A stretch of DNA of 64,000 nt from Clostridiales bacterium (GTDB lineage Bacteria; Bacillota; Clostridia; Saccharofermentanales; Saccharofermentanaceae): NCBI GenBank assembly GCA_017649645.1, contig JAGCGK010000124.1, forward strand, positions 52,658 through 116,657. Reading direction: 5' to 3'. A program made the position numbers and the translations under genes. Of this stretch, positions 39,567 to 49,239 are shown piece after piece. The notes beneath the pieces are model-generated. The model was not told the DNA's origin and made no database searches. It saw only the letters and a list, made by a program, of their open reading frames with translations. Every line of letters begins with the position of its first letter. Position 1 is the first letter of the stretch.

Positions 39567-41044
39567 ACAATGTCCCATTTATCATCAGGAGCCATAGGAA
39601 ATGCAAAGATAAACTTAGCTCCGCCAAGTTCCTTACCTTCATCAACATAGATGGTCTGTCCGTGTCCTGCGAGGATCTGTTTACAGATATAAAGACCTAA
39701 GCCGAATCCTTCTCTTGTTCTGGAGGAATCAACTTTGTAGAAACTCTCGAAGATCCTGTTACGCTTTTCAGCAGGGATACCAATACCTGAATCTTCAACA
39801 CTTATCTCGACTCTATTTTCTGCTTTGTTAGGCACAGTTGAAACGATGATCTTTCCGTTATCAGGAGTAAACTTGATCGCATTGGTGATGATGTTTACGA
39901 TAACTCTGCAAAGCTGCTGAGCTTCACCGCGACACATATTAGCATCAGGATCATCTGAAAGCCTGACTTCGCATGTTATATTCTTCTCACTTAGTTGTGG
40001 TTCAAGATTATCAACAACGTCGGTGATAACTTCATTAAGCGGGAAATTCTCCATTACATCAGGATCAACGTGACTTAATGAGGATGCCTCTGTCATCGAT
40101 ACAACAAGTTCCCTGATCCTGTTGATCTCCTGCTTGATAAGACCTAAGTATTTATCAACGTTTTCAGGCGGGATCGTACCGTCCATTATTGCCGTTACAA
40201 AACCGTTTATTGAAGTAAGCGGAGTTCTTATGTCATGAGCGATACTGGAAATAAAAATCTGTCTGTCGCTCTCGGAATTTTCCAGCTTATCTATCATCTC
40301 ATTAAGAGTTGCTGCCATGGTAACGATATCACCCGCAGAAGTTATACTCCTCAGATCAGAAGCATCAGTATATCTTTTGTCAACGCGGACAGAATAATCG
40401 CCCTCTGAGACTTTCTTGATCGTCTTGGACATCTCACGTACAGGTGCGAAAGTAAGTTGGATAGCAAGGACAAACAACACGATAGCAAAAAGAACGGCTA
40501 TTCCTGCAGGAATAAGGATAACTGATCTGAATTCCGTAAAGACCAATCCTCGGTCTATGTAGCTGCTGCTTATACACCAGAGATTGAGCTGTTCAACCTT
40601 ATAGCCGGAAGTAATATATGTTTTACCCTCCGTTAATCTTGTTACCTGTACTTCACCATTATGTGCTATTACGTCCTGCAATATTAACTCAAGGTCGTTA
40701 TCAGGATTTTCGCTAAGAACGATCGTCATATCATCTGCAACCAGATAGATGCTTCCGTTAAAATTCTTGCTTACAAGGTGACAGATCGTTTCTATGTTTT
40801 CGATATCTTTTTCATTTACGACAGACGGATCATTTGACTGAAGCAAAGCCGTATTAATCGCTTCGCAAAGAGTGTAGCTTGTTGAATCAACTTCAGCTTT
40901 GCCGTTATTCATCTGCTTAGCAAGCATACTTTCATAAGACAGAAAAAGAAGCACAGTAAAAACTATTACTGTGCTGATGATAAGTAGCAATGATATTATT
41001 GTCGAGAAACTGACTGTGTTTCTTCTATTTTCTTTGCTTGCCAT
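39563..41044 (-). CDS. HAMP-domain sensor histidine kinase
   Basis: Two TMs, HDIRTPLT, NAIKFT, DSGIG, GFGLGL. Confidence 0.94.
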   Translation of the reverse strand: MASKENRRNTVSFSTIISLLLIISTVIVFTVLLFLSYESMLAKQMNNGKAEVDSTSYTLCEAINTALLQSNDPSVVNEKDIENIETICHLVSKNFNGSIYLVADDMTIVLSENPDNDLELILQDVIAHNGEVQVTRLTEGKTYITSGYKVEQLNLWCISSSYIDRGLVFTEFRSVILIPAGIAVLFAIVLFVLAIQLTFAPVREMSKTIKKVSEGDYSVRVDKRYTDASDLRSITSAGDIVTMAATLNEMIDKLENSESDRQIFISSIAHDIRTPLTSINGFVTAIMDGTIPPENVDKYLGLIKQEINRIRELVVSMTEASSLSHVDPDVMENFPLNEVITDVVDNLEPQLSEKNITCEVRLSDDPDANMCRGEAQQLCRVIVNIITNAIKFTPDNGKIIVSTVPNKAENRVEISVEDSGIGIPAEKRNRIFESFYKVDSSRTREGFGLGLYICKQILAGHGQTIYVDEGKELGGAKFIFAFPMAPDDKWDIV

Positions 41045-41056
41045 AGTTATGAACTA

Positions 41057-41779
41057 TCAGTTCTTAGTCTCGAACTTGTAGCCTACGCTCCATACAGTCT
41101 TGATACACCAACTGTCAACACGATCGGGACTTTCGATCTTCTCTCTGATCCTCTTAACGTGAACGTCTACTGTTCTTGACTCTCCGTAGAAATCATAACC
41201 CCATACGTTCTCGAGAAGCTGTTCTCTCGTAAATACTCTGTTAGGATTAGATGCCAAGAAGAAAAGAAGTTCCAATTCCTTAGGTGGGAGATAGATCTCT
41301 TTGCCATCGATCATTACGATGTAACGAGCCTTATCAACCATGAATCCCTGATAAGTAACAACTTCTGTAGATTCGGAACCTGCTTCGGAAGAATCCGCTG
41401 CAGCACTTTGCTCTGACTTACCGTATCTTCTTAAAACTGCCTTAGCTCTGGCAAGAAGTTCCTTTGGTTCGAACGGCTTTGATACATAGTCATCTGCACC
41501 GAGCTCAAGTCCGATTACCTTATCGAATGTATCAGTCTTAGCAGTAAGCATTATGATCGGAACATCAGATACCTTACGGATCTCTCTGCAGACATCAGTT
41601 CCGTCCATGCCCGGAAGCATCAGATCAAGGATGATCAGGTCCGGTGACGAAGCATTAAATGTACTCAAGACTTTGTCGCCCTGCATACAGACTGAAACTG
41701 CATAGCCTTCTTTTTCAAAGTAGAGCTTGTTCATCTCGATGATCGAAGAATCGTCATCAACCAACAATACCTTTTTCAT
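41057..41779 (-). CDS. OmpR-family response regulator
   Basis: LVDDD, LDLMLP, DDYVSKPF, SRTVDVHVKRIREK. Confidence 0.95.
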   Translation of the reverse strand: MKKVLLVDDDSSIIEMNKLYFEKEGYAVSVCMQGDKVLSTFNASSPDLIILDLMLPGMDGTDVCREIRKVSDVPIIMLTAKTDTFDKVIGLELGADDYVSKPFEPKELLARAKAVLRRYGKSEQSAAADSSEAGSESTEVVTYQGFMVDKARYIVMIDGKEIYLPPKELELLFFLASNPNRVFTREQLLENVWGYDFYGESRTVDVHVKRIREKIESPDRVDSWCIKTVWSVGYKFETKN

Positions 41780-41799
41780 AATACTACCTCTTCCTATAT

Positions 41800-42258
41800 C
41801 TACTGTTCCTTATCGTTTATCTTGGATATCTCTTGTGCGAACGAATCAACACTGGTGAAATCCCTATAAACCGAAGCAAATCTTACATAGGCAACCTTAT
41901 CAAGTTTCTTCAGAGCATCCATGATCATCTCACCGATAGCTTCTGTAGGTATCTCGAGGTTGTGTTTACTTTGAAGTTTCTGTTCAACCTCATTAACGAG
42001 TTCAATAAGATCCTCATTCGATACCGGTCTTTTCGAACAGGCTGCAACAAGTCCGTTCATTATCTTTTCTCTCGAAAAAGGTTGTCTGGTACCATCCTTC
42101 TTTACCACCATGAGCTGAATTCCTTCAAGTCTTTCAACAGTGGTAAAACGATGCCCGCAACTTAAACATTCACGTCTTCTTCTGATGACTGTGTTTGAAT
42201 CGACCGTTCTGGTGTCAACAACCTTATCCTCAATCTCGCCGCAACGTGGGCACCTCAT
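41800..42258 (-). CDS. nrdR: Transcriptional repressor NrdR
   Basis: MRCPRC...RRRRECLSCGHRFTT, ATP-cone, AYVRFASVY. Confidence 0.97.
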   Translation of the reverse strand: MRCPRCGEIEDKVVDTRTVDSNTVIRRRRECLSCGHRFTTVERLEGIQLMVVKKDGTRQPFSREKIMNGLVAACSKRPVSNEDLIELVNEVEQKLQSKHNLEIPTEAIGEMIMDALKKLDKVAYVRFASVYRDFTSVDSFAQEISKINDKEQ

Positions 42259-42273
42259 AGACGATTACCTTCC

Positions 42274-43740
42274 TTATTGGTTGTTATCCTTACCGAACAT
42301 AAACCAAGGCTTTGCTGTCTTAGGTGCAGCCTGAGCATCACCGGAAGGAGCCTGTGGAGCGATATTCGGCTGAGGTCTTCCACCCTGTTGTGATGGAGCC
42401 GGCTGTGGTCTTACGTTAGCGCCGTAAGGTGGAACCTGCTGTGGCTGTGGAGCCGGCTGCTGTGGAACAGGCTCTACTGCTGCCGGCTGTGGGCGAACAG
42501 GCTGTGCACCTGTATCAACTTCACTTACAGGAGCTGCCTTAGGAGCTTCTGCTGCTGCCTTTCTGTTAACGGAATCGTCACCGAAAAGGAAGCCGGGAGC
42601 TGATGCCTTTGGAGCCGGAGCTATTGGCTGCTGAGGCTGTGGCTCAGGCTGATAGCTTGTTCTTGTAGCATTAGGTCTTGTAGCCTGCTTATGTGCTGCC
42701 TGCTCTGTAACAAGAGTAGGATTATTTCTTGACAATACGGATGTACTTGCTCTGTGTCCTGCAGATGCATTAACAGTATTCTCAAATCCGGAAGCGATGA
42801 CTGTGATCATGATCTCGTCATCAAGAGAAGCATCGATAACAGCACCAACGATGATATCTGCATCATCGGAAACAGCTTCACGAACAACGCTTGCTGCCTG
42901 ATCGATCTCCTGAAGTTTCATATTACGTCCACCTGTGAAGTTAACGATAACTCCGCCTGCACCTTCGATAGTTGTATCAAGGAGTGGTGAGTTGATAGCC
43001 TGCTTAACAGCACTTGCTGCACGGCCTTCGCCTGAAGCACGACCGATACCCATGTGGCAGATACCTGCCTTTGTCATGATACGGCGTACGTCTGCAAGGT
43101 CGAGGTTGATGAGACCAGGGATAGCAACGAGGTCGGAGATACCTGCGACACCAAACTTCAATACCTGATCTGCCATATTGAATGCATCCTCAATGGATGT
43201 ATCTTCGTCTACTACTTCGAGGAGCTTATCGTTACCTACGATAATGAGGGAATCTACGTACTTCTCGAGCTCTCTGATTCCGCGCTCAGCGTTAGCAGCT
43301 CTTCTTGGTCCCTCAAATGAGAATGGTCTTGTAACAACAGCAACTGTGAGGATTCCGAGTTCCTGAGCGATCTGAGCTACAACCGGAGCAGCACCTGTAC
43401 CGGTACCGCCACCCATGCCTGATGTAATAAAGAGCATGTCTGTATTCTTAATAGCTTCTGCGATCTCATCCTTGGATTCTTCAGCGGCCTTCTCACCTAC
43501 GCTAGGATCTGCACCGCAGCCAAGTCCTCTGGTAACTTTCTCGCCGATCTGGATCCTTACCTGAGCTTTGGATCTTGCAAGCGCCTGATTGTCAGTGTTG
43601 ATAGAAATGAATTCAATTCCCTGAACTCCGCTTTCTACCATACGATCTACAGCGTTACAGCCGCCACCGCCGACTCCGATTACTTTGATAGTAGCAAATG
43701 CCTCGTCGTCCAGCACAAATCCACGCTTGTTCTCTGACAT
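42274..43740 (-). CDS. ftsZ: Cell division protein FtsZ with long Pro/Gln-rich linker
   Basis: [26 protein letters not shown]. Confidence 0.98.
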   Translation of the reverse strand: MSENKRGFVLDDEAFATIKVIGVGGGGCNAVDRMVESGVQGIEFISINTDNQALARSKAQVRIQIGEKVTRGLGCGADPSVGEKAAEESKDEIAEAIKNTDMLFITSGMGGGTGTGAAPVVAQIAQELGILTVAVVTRPFSFEGPRRAANAERGIRELEKYVDSLIIVGNDKLLEVVDEDTSIEDAFNMADQVLKFGVAGISDLVAIPGLINLDLADVRRIMTKAGICHMGIGRASGEGRAASAVKQAINSPLLDTTIEGAGGVIVNFTGGRNMKLQEIDQAASVVREAVSDDADIIVGAVIDASLDDEIMITVIASGFENTVNASAGHRASTSVLSRNNPTLVTEQAAHKQATRPNATRTSYQPEPQPQQPIAPAPKASAPGFLFGDDSVNRKAAAEAPKAAPVSEVDTGAQPVRPQPAAVEPVPQQPAPQPQQVPPYGANVRPQPAPSQQGGRPQPNIAPQAPSGDAQAAPKTAKPWFMFGKDNNQ

Positions 43741-43790
43741 ATCTTTGTCCTCCAGTAAAATATTTAACAGTGTTAATATTCTTATTTATA

Positions 43791-43837
43791 TATCAACATA
43801 TAGTATAACAATTTGAATTGTACCCTAAATGTAGTAC
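43791..43837. promoter_or_regulatory. Tandem NrdR-box-like sites over the ftsZ promoter
   Basis: tatCAACATATAGtat (43791-43806) and accCTAAATGTAGtac (43822-43837), 31 bp apart; first overlaps extended -10 TGtTATACT. Confidence 0.6.
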
Positions 43838-43901
43838 ACCTTCAATACAAAATCTGAGTTATATTTCAAGAATGTTAAAGAAATTTTCCAATTGTCTTAC
43901 G

Positions 43902-45137
43902 TTACTCGTATTTGCGGTAAATTATCCTCTCGCCCGTCATATCAAGGGCTCCGTCAGGGAATCCTTCAAAGGCGTCGGAGATGACTGCGTATCTGAGCCA
44001 TGACATATTTTCGATAATAGTATCCATGTCCTTGAGCTTGACCTGAAGCTCGGATCCGGATGGAAGTATAACGGTAAGGAATGTGTTTCCTCCCGGGATT
44101 ATCCTTATCTCTCTTACGTTCTCAAAGAGCATATATTCACCCTGCACACCGCTTTGGTCCGCATTGATGATAGCTCCGAGGATAACGAGAGCCTTGTTGT
44201 AGTCGGAATCGTCCTTGATATCGATCTTTTCGCCCAATACGGCACCTGAAACATCAAGTCCGCAGATAACTGCATGGCTTAAGCCGTCTTTTTCAAGCGT
44301 AGCAAGTTCGATTACGGTTCCTTCATCATCGATTGCCGCATAACCGTCAGGCATTTTGATATATGCGACTTTGTTTCTCTCTTTTACGGTAATCTTGATG
44401 GTTGAAGGAAACTTGACTGTGATCCTGATGTCCTTGATATAAGGATCTTCTGCCATCATTCTCTTTTCGGTCTTTCCGTAGTCCATCATTATGATGTCCA
44501 AAGGATTTCCGCCGACACCTGAAAACAGATGCGATCCGTACTTGATCCCGGCATCACTTAAAAGTCTTTCTTCAGACAATACGATATTACCCTCGACAAC
44601 AACTGTCCTTACCCTGAAGAACGGCAGGAACAAAATACCGAGAGCGATCTCGATTATCGCAATAGCCAAAAGGATAAGAAGCGTACCCTTAAAGTTTATA
44701 GGGAACTTAGGAAGATACTCGCGTTCTTTCAAAGGAACATCCGAAGCATTCTCTTTACGCTCCTTGATCGCCTTTTGAAGTTTACTTTTAGTATCTTCGA
44801 AAAATCTCTTCGCCTTTACGGAAAAAGGAACCGTATTCTTAGGTTTAGCCTTAGGCTTTTCAGGCTGAAATTCCTTAGGCATTTCAACCTTCTTTTCCTC
44901 ATGTTTTGAAGCAGGTTTCTCGACCTTTTTCTCGGTCTTCTTTTCAGGCTGTTTTTCTTTGGGTTTCTCTTCCTTTTTTACAGACTTTTCAGCCTTAGGC
45001 TTAGATTCTTTTTTATCTTTTTTCTCGGCGGAACTTTCACTGTTTACAGGCGCAGAAGTCTCTGAGGAAGATGTGCTCTCCTCTTGATCATCGCCGTCAT
45101 CATCAAACAGTTTTTTCAGTTCGTCGTCATCGATCAT
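43902..45137 (-). CDS. ftsQ: Cell division protein FtsQ/DivIB
   Basis: Charged N-terminus, one TM, POTRA-like FRVRTVVVEGN...KFPSTIKITVKER; between murG and ftsZ. Confidence 0.85.
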   Translation of the reverse strand: MIDDDELKKLFDDDGDDQEESTSSSETSAPVNSESSAEKKDKKESKPKAEKSVKKEEKPKEKQPEKKTEKKVEKPASKHEEKKVEMPKEFQPEKPKAKPKNTVPFSVKAKRFFEDTKSKLQKAIKERKENASDVPLKEREYLPKFPINFKGTLLILLAIAIIEIALGILFLPFFRVRTVVVEGNIVLSEERLLSDAGIKYGSHLFSGVGGNPLDIIMMDYGKTEKRMMAEDPYIKDIRITVKFPSTIKITVKERNKVAYIKMPDGYAAIDDEGTVIELATLEKDGLSHAVICGLDVSGAVLGEKIDIKDDSDYNKALVILGAIINADQSGVQGEYMLFENVREIRIIPGGNTFLTVILPSGSELQVKLKDMDTIIENMSWLRYAVISDAFEGFPDGALDMTGERIIYRKYE

Positions 45138-46246
45138 TGTTTTTTGCTTTCCAACAATTCTGCAATTGCTTTTGCTATTCTTTCATCACAGTCAAGGACT
45201 GCAAGTTTTTTCGCATTTACTCTCATGCTCTCACGTTTTTGAGGATCATTATAAAGATCTTTCAAAACACCCTTGAGCTTGTCTTTTACTTCTGCATCAG
45301 GAACCAATATCGCACCGTTTACATCAACGAATGCCTGTGCGTTATAAGTCTGGTGATCATGTGCTGCAAACGGATACGGTACAAGTACCGAACAAGATCC
45401 TATCGCAGCAACCTCAGCACAGGTTACGGCACCTGCCCTTGTGATGGAAACATCCGCTGCACTTAAGTATGTCTGCGGGTTGTCGATATATGTTTTTACC
45501 GTAAGATTATCCGGGATAGTTACATTATCGAGAACACCGCTTTGCTGCTTTCCGCTTCCGAGAACGAACTTCGCGTTCTTGAACGCCTCATCTGAAGCTG
45601 CATCGACCATGAATTCGTTTAATGTTTTCGAGCCGAGGCTGCCGCCCATGGCATATACAAGAAAATCATCATCAGAAAGACCCAATGCTTTTCTGGATTC
45701 ATTGCGGTCAACTGTCTTGATGATGCTCCTGATAGGGTTACCTGTAAAAACTACTTTTCCCGCCTTCGAAAAGATGGATTCCTGATTAGGAAAACCCGTC
45801 AAAACGAGATCCGCTTTCTTTCCGAGCATCTTGTTTGCTCTTCCCGGAAATGCATTTGCCTCGTGAAGGATAACAGGAATATTTCTCTTCTCAGCCGCAA
45901 AGATAAGAGGAGCACAAACATATCCGCCTGTTCCGAAAACAGCATGAGGCTTAAACTCCTCGATTATCTTATCGCACTGTTTCCTGCCTTCCTTGAATGC
46001 CTTAAAAGCCTTCACCATCTTCATGCTCGGGCGCATCGGGAAAGGCTTTGCAGTGATATTCTTAAACTCATATCCGGCCTTGGGAACCAGTTCTCCTTCA
46101 AGACCTTCACTTCTGCCGACAAAGATGATCTCACAATCTTCACCCTTGTCACCGTAATATTTCTTAAGCGCATCGGCGATCGTTATCGCAGGATTGATAT
46201 GTCCTGAAGTACCGCCGCCTACAGCTATAAATCTAAGTGCCATCAA
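45134..46246 (-). CDS. murG: Lipid I GlcNAc transferase MurG
   Basis: GGGTSGHINP, GTGGYV, HEAN, GNPIR, GGSLG, RAGA. Confidence 0.97.
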   Translation of the reverse strand: MMALRFIAVGGGTSGHINPAITIADALKKYYGDKGEDCEIIFVGRSEGLEGELVPKAGYEFKNITAKPFPMRPSMKMVKAFKAFKEGRKQCDKIIEEFKPHAVFGTGGYVCAPLIFAAEKRNIPVILHEANAFPGRANKMLGKKADLVLTGFPNQESIFSKAGKVVFTGNPIRSIIKTVDRNESRKALGLSDDDFLVYAMGGSLGSKTLNEFMVDAASDEAFKNAKFVLGSGKQQSGVLDNVTIPDNLTVKTYIDNPQTYLSAADVSITRAGAVTCAEVAAIGSCSVLVPYPFAAHDHQTYNAQAFVDVNGAILVPDAEVKDKLKGVLKDLYNDPQKRESMRVNAKKLAVLDCDERIAKAIAELLESKKQ

Positions 46247-47802
46247 TTGCCTCCGTTTTTAGTCTTGGGCACGACTCCGCTTCTGGCTACACAAAGGATC
46301 ATCGCGTAACCCGAAAGGAGAAGTATCTGCGCAGTACCGCCGTAACTGAAGAACGGAAGTGTGATACCCGTTGCAGGAAGGACGGTAAGTTCAACGCCGA
46401 TATTCCACATTGCCTCAAGAGCTATAAGGAAAGTGTACCCTATAGCAATAATTCTGCAAAATACGTCTTTTGCTCTATACGCTATTCTGAATCCCATGAA
46501 CAGGAACAGAAGGAATGTCAGTATCAAAAGCGTTCCGCCGACCATACCGGTCTCCTCTACATAGATGGAGAAGATGTAGTCGTTATGAGCCTCGGAAACG
46601 TATGAATATTTATATCTGGAATTGCCAAGACCGGTGCCCATCCATCCGCCTGAACCAATGGCGTCTTTAGCACGGTCAACCTGCAAGGATTCGTCTTTTT
46701 CCTGATCGGTCATTTCCTGGTCTTCATCCTGAGTATAGATATCTACTCGCTTGAAAACGTGAGCGAAGTTTTTCTCGATCTTATCCTGTGCCTTTGTTCT
46801 CAAACTAGGCACTGCGAAAACTATCGCAACTACCGCGAGTAAGACGAGGATATAAAAGCCCATTCCGATGATCCAAGAACGAAGTCTTATGCCCGAAACG
46901 AGGAAGCATACGAAAGTTACAACACCGACGATAAGGAAGCACGAAAGGTGCGGCTGAACGAGGATGATCGCGTCAACAAAAACGATCATTCCTACAGGAA
47001 GGATAAATTCGAAGAACGCATCTTTAAGATACTGATTCTTAGGATCTGAAGCCTTGAGTTTTCCCTTCTTCTGGAAGTTCATGATCATAACTCTGTAGAT
47101 GGCAAGAACGATGACCAAACAGATCTTGAAGACCTCGGATGTCTGGAAGTCCGTACCTCCCACAGTAAGCCATCTGCGGGCACCCTGCTTCTCGGCACCG
47201 AACAAAGCAGTAACGATGATAAGTCCCGCACTTACTAAGTAAGCTCCTGCCATAATGAGCCTGTTCTTAAAAAAGTCTATCGGGATGAAATTAACCACGA
47301 CACAAAGCGCAAGTCCGACCAAAGTGAACTTGAGCTGCGAAAATACAAAGAATGCGGAACTCGTAAGTTTTGAGTTGATGTAACCTGCAGGTGCAGATAC
47401 GGAATACAAAACGATAAGTCCGTAAACTACGATAGCGAAAAGGAATAATACAAGCGGGATATTCGATTGCCAGGACGGATCACGGAGCTTGAATACCGGC
47501 TTCTCGTCATCGTAGATAAGAGCATCGTTGATGAGATTTTCCTGGATCTTTTCTGTTACCGGCTTGTCGCGTTTTTCCTTTTTTGCAGGAATCCTTTCCT
47601 CAAGATATTCGTCGACTTCGGATGTTTTCGACAATTCCGAAGAAGGCTTATCGTTATTTACCGGTTTATTAGGATTGGCCTTCTTAGGAGCGCCATTTGG
47701 AAGAACCTTCTTATCAGGTACGCGGCGACGCTCGCCGGAAGGTTTCTTTCCGGCATTTAAACCCTGAGATTTATTACCATTGTCAGGCCTGTTACTTACC
47801 AC
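46243..47802 (-). CDS. ftsW: SEDS protein FtsW with long cytoplasmic N-terminus
   Basis: GARRW, FQTSEVFK, AHNDYIFS, TGITLPFFSYGG; dcw position. Confidence 0.9.
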   Translation of the reverse strand: MVSNRPDNGNKSQGLNAGKKPSGERRRVPDKKVLPNGAPKKANPNKPVNNDKPSSELSKTSEVDEYLEERIPAKKEKRDKPVTEKIQENLINDALIYDDEKPVFKLRDPSWQSNIPLVLFLFAIVVYGLIVLYSVSAPAGYINSKLTSSAFFVFSQLKFTLVGLALCVVVNFIPIDFFKNRLIMAGAYLVSAGLIIVTALFGAEKQGARRWLTVGGTDFQTSEVFKICLVIVLAIYRVMIMNFQKKGKLKASDPKNQYLKDAFFEFILPVGMIVFVDAIILVQPHLSCFLIVGVVTFVCFLVSGIRLRSWIIGMGFYILVLLAVVAIVFAVPSLRTKAQDKIEKNFAHVFKRVDIYTQDEDQEMTDQEKDESLQVDRAKDAIGSGGWMGTGLGNSRYKYSYVSEAHNDYIFSIYVEETGMVGGTLLILTFLLFLFMGFRIAYRAKDVFCRIIAIGYTFLIALEAMWNIGVELTVLPATGITLPFFSYGGTAQILLLSGYAMILCVARSGVVPKTKNGGN

Positions 47803-49239
47803 TTAGTTCAATTCCTCACTTATTGTCCTCGCGAGCTTTTGAAAGCCGAACGCATTGGACGCTTTGAAGAGGATCGTATCCCCATCAGTTATATATTCTC
47901 TCAAACTTTTCTCCAAATCGGAAATATTATCGAAAACTTCATAGCAGGAATCTTTATCTTCGCTCAAAAGTCCATTAATGAAGTCATCTTTGTTATCTCC
48001 CATGAGGAAGATCTTATCGAAGTTATAAGAACCTGCGCTCTTACCGACTTTCTCATGAAGCATAGGAGCGTAGTCACCGAGTTCGAGCATACCGCCCAAT
48101 ACGGCGATCTTTCTTCCCTTACCGATGATGTCGAGATTGGAAAAAGAAAGTTCCATGGATTCGGGAGCTGCATTATAAGCATCATCAATAACGGTGATCT
48201 TATCACCTTCAAGGACTGCTCCTCTTCCTGCCATCGGCTCATAAGAAGCAATACCTTCCTTCACCTTCTCGAAATCAGCGTTTAAAGCAGCTGCGCAGAT
48301 AAACGCGAAGGTAGCATTTCTTACGTGATGGACACCCGGCGCATTAACGACAACTTCTTTGATGATCTGTGTGGTCTTTGAAGTCTTGATGTCGATATCA
48401 AAGCTGGTCTTCGAAGGACTGATCGCGATATTTTCAGCCTTTACACAGATACCGTAATTATTCGGTGAAACATCTTTTGTGATATTTGATGATGCAACGA
48501 GATTAGCGATGGTAATGTTTTCGAGAGCGTAATCCGTAAGGAATTTATCATCGCCGTTTAATGCGAGAACACCGCCAGCCACAAGTCCTTCCGTAATCTC
48601 GAACTTTGCAAGAAGAATTTCTTTTTGTGATCCGAGACGTTCGATATGAGAAAAGCCGATATTAGTGATGACCGCGATGTCAGGACAAGCGATGGAAGTA
48701 AGATAAGATATCTCACCTCTAAGTCTCATACCCATCTCGAGAACGAGAACTTCAGTATCGATCGGAGCTGACAGTATGGTCATAGGAAGACCGATATCAT
48801 TATTGAGATTTGCCTTTGTGGAATATACCTTAAAGGACTTATCAAGACCTGCAGCGATCATCTCTCTTGTGGATGTCTTTCCGACGGAGCCTGTTACCGC
48901 GATAACCTTCGCGCCGATCTTAAATCTGTAGTGCCTGGCAAGAAGTCCCAGAGCAACTCTGGTATCGTCTACGAGAACCGCAAGACACTTTGTCGGAAGG
49001 TAGCTGATGTCACTTACGAGAAGAAGTGATGCACCCTTCTCGAGAGCCATATTGCAGAATGAATGACCGTCGAAATTCTCTCCTACCAAAGCCACATACA
49101 TCTGTCCCGGTTCAATTGTTCTTGTATCCTTTGAAACACCTGAAACAAATACAGGTTCGTTCATCTTACAATCGGATCCTATAATAAGTTTTCCGTTTAC
49201 TGCGGAGATTATCTCCTCAAGCGAAAACATCTGATTCAC
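47803..49239 (-). CDS. murF: UDP-MurNAc-tripeptide--D-Ala-D-Ala ligase
   Basis: TGSVGKTST, NNDIGLP, EMGM, DAYNAAP, KASN. Confidence 0.95.
   Translation of the reverse strand: MNQMFSLEEIISAVNGKLIIGSDCKMNEPVFVSGVSKDTRTIEPGQMYVALVGENFDGHSFCNMALEKGASLLLVSDISYLPTKCLAVLVDDTRVALGLLARHYRFKIGAKVIAVTGSVGKTSTREMIAAGLDKSFKVYSTKANLNNDIGLPMTILSAPIDTEVLVLEMGMRLRGEISYLTSIACPDIAVITNIGFSHIERLGSQKEILLAKFEITEGLVAGGVLALNGDDKFLTDYALENITIANLVASSNITKDVSPNNYGICVKAENIAISPSKTSFDIDIKTSKTTQIIKEVVVNAPGVHHVRNATFAFICAAALNADFEKVKEGIASYEPMAGRGAVLEGDKITVIDDAYNAAPESMELSFSNLDIIGKGRKIAVLGGMLELGDYAPMLHEKVGKSAGSYNFDKIFLMGDNKDDFINGLLSEDKDSCYEVFDNISDLEKSLREYITDGDTILFKASNAFGFQKLARTISEELN

Noticed and set aside
44800-45137. Long charged extensions on FtsQ (also FtsW, LepB, Lgt)
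   Set aside because: Low-complexity termini are common on these proteins; no extra domain or frameshift is evident
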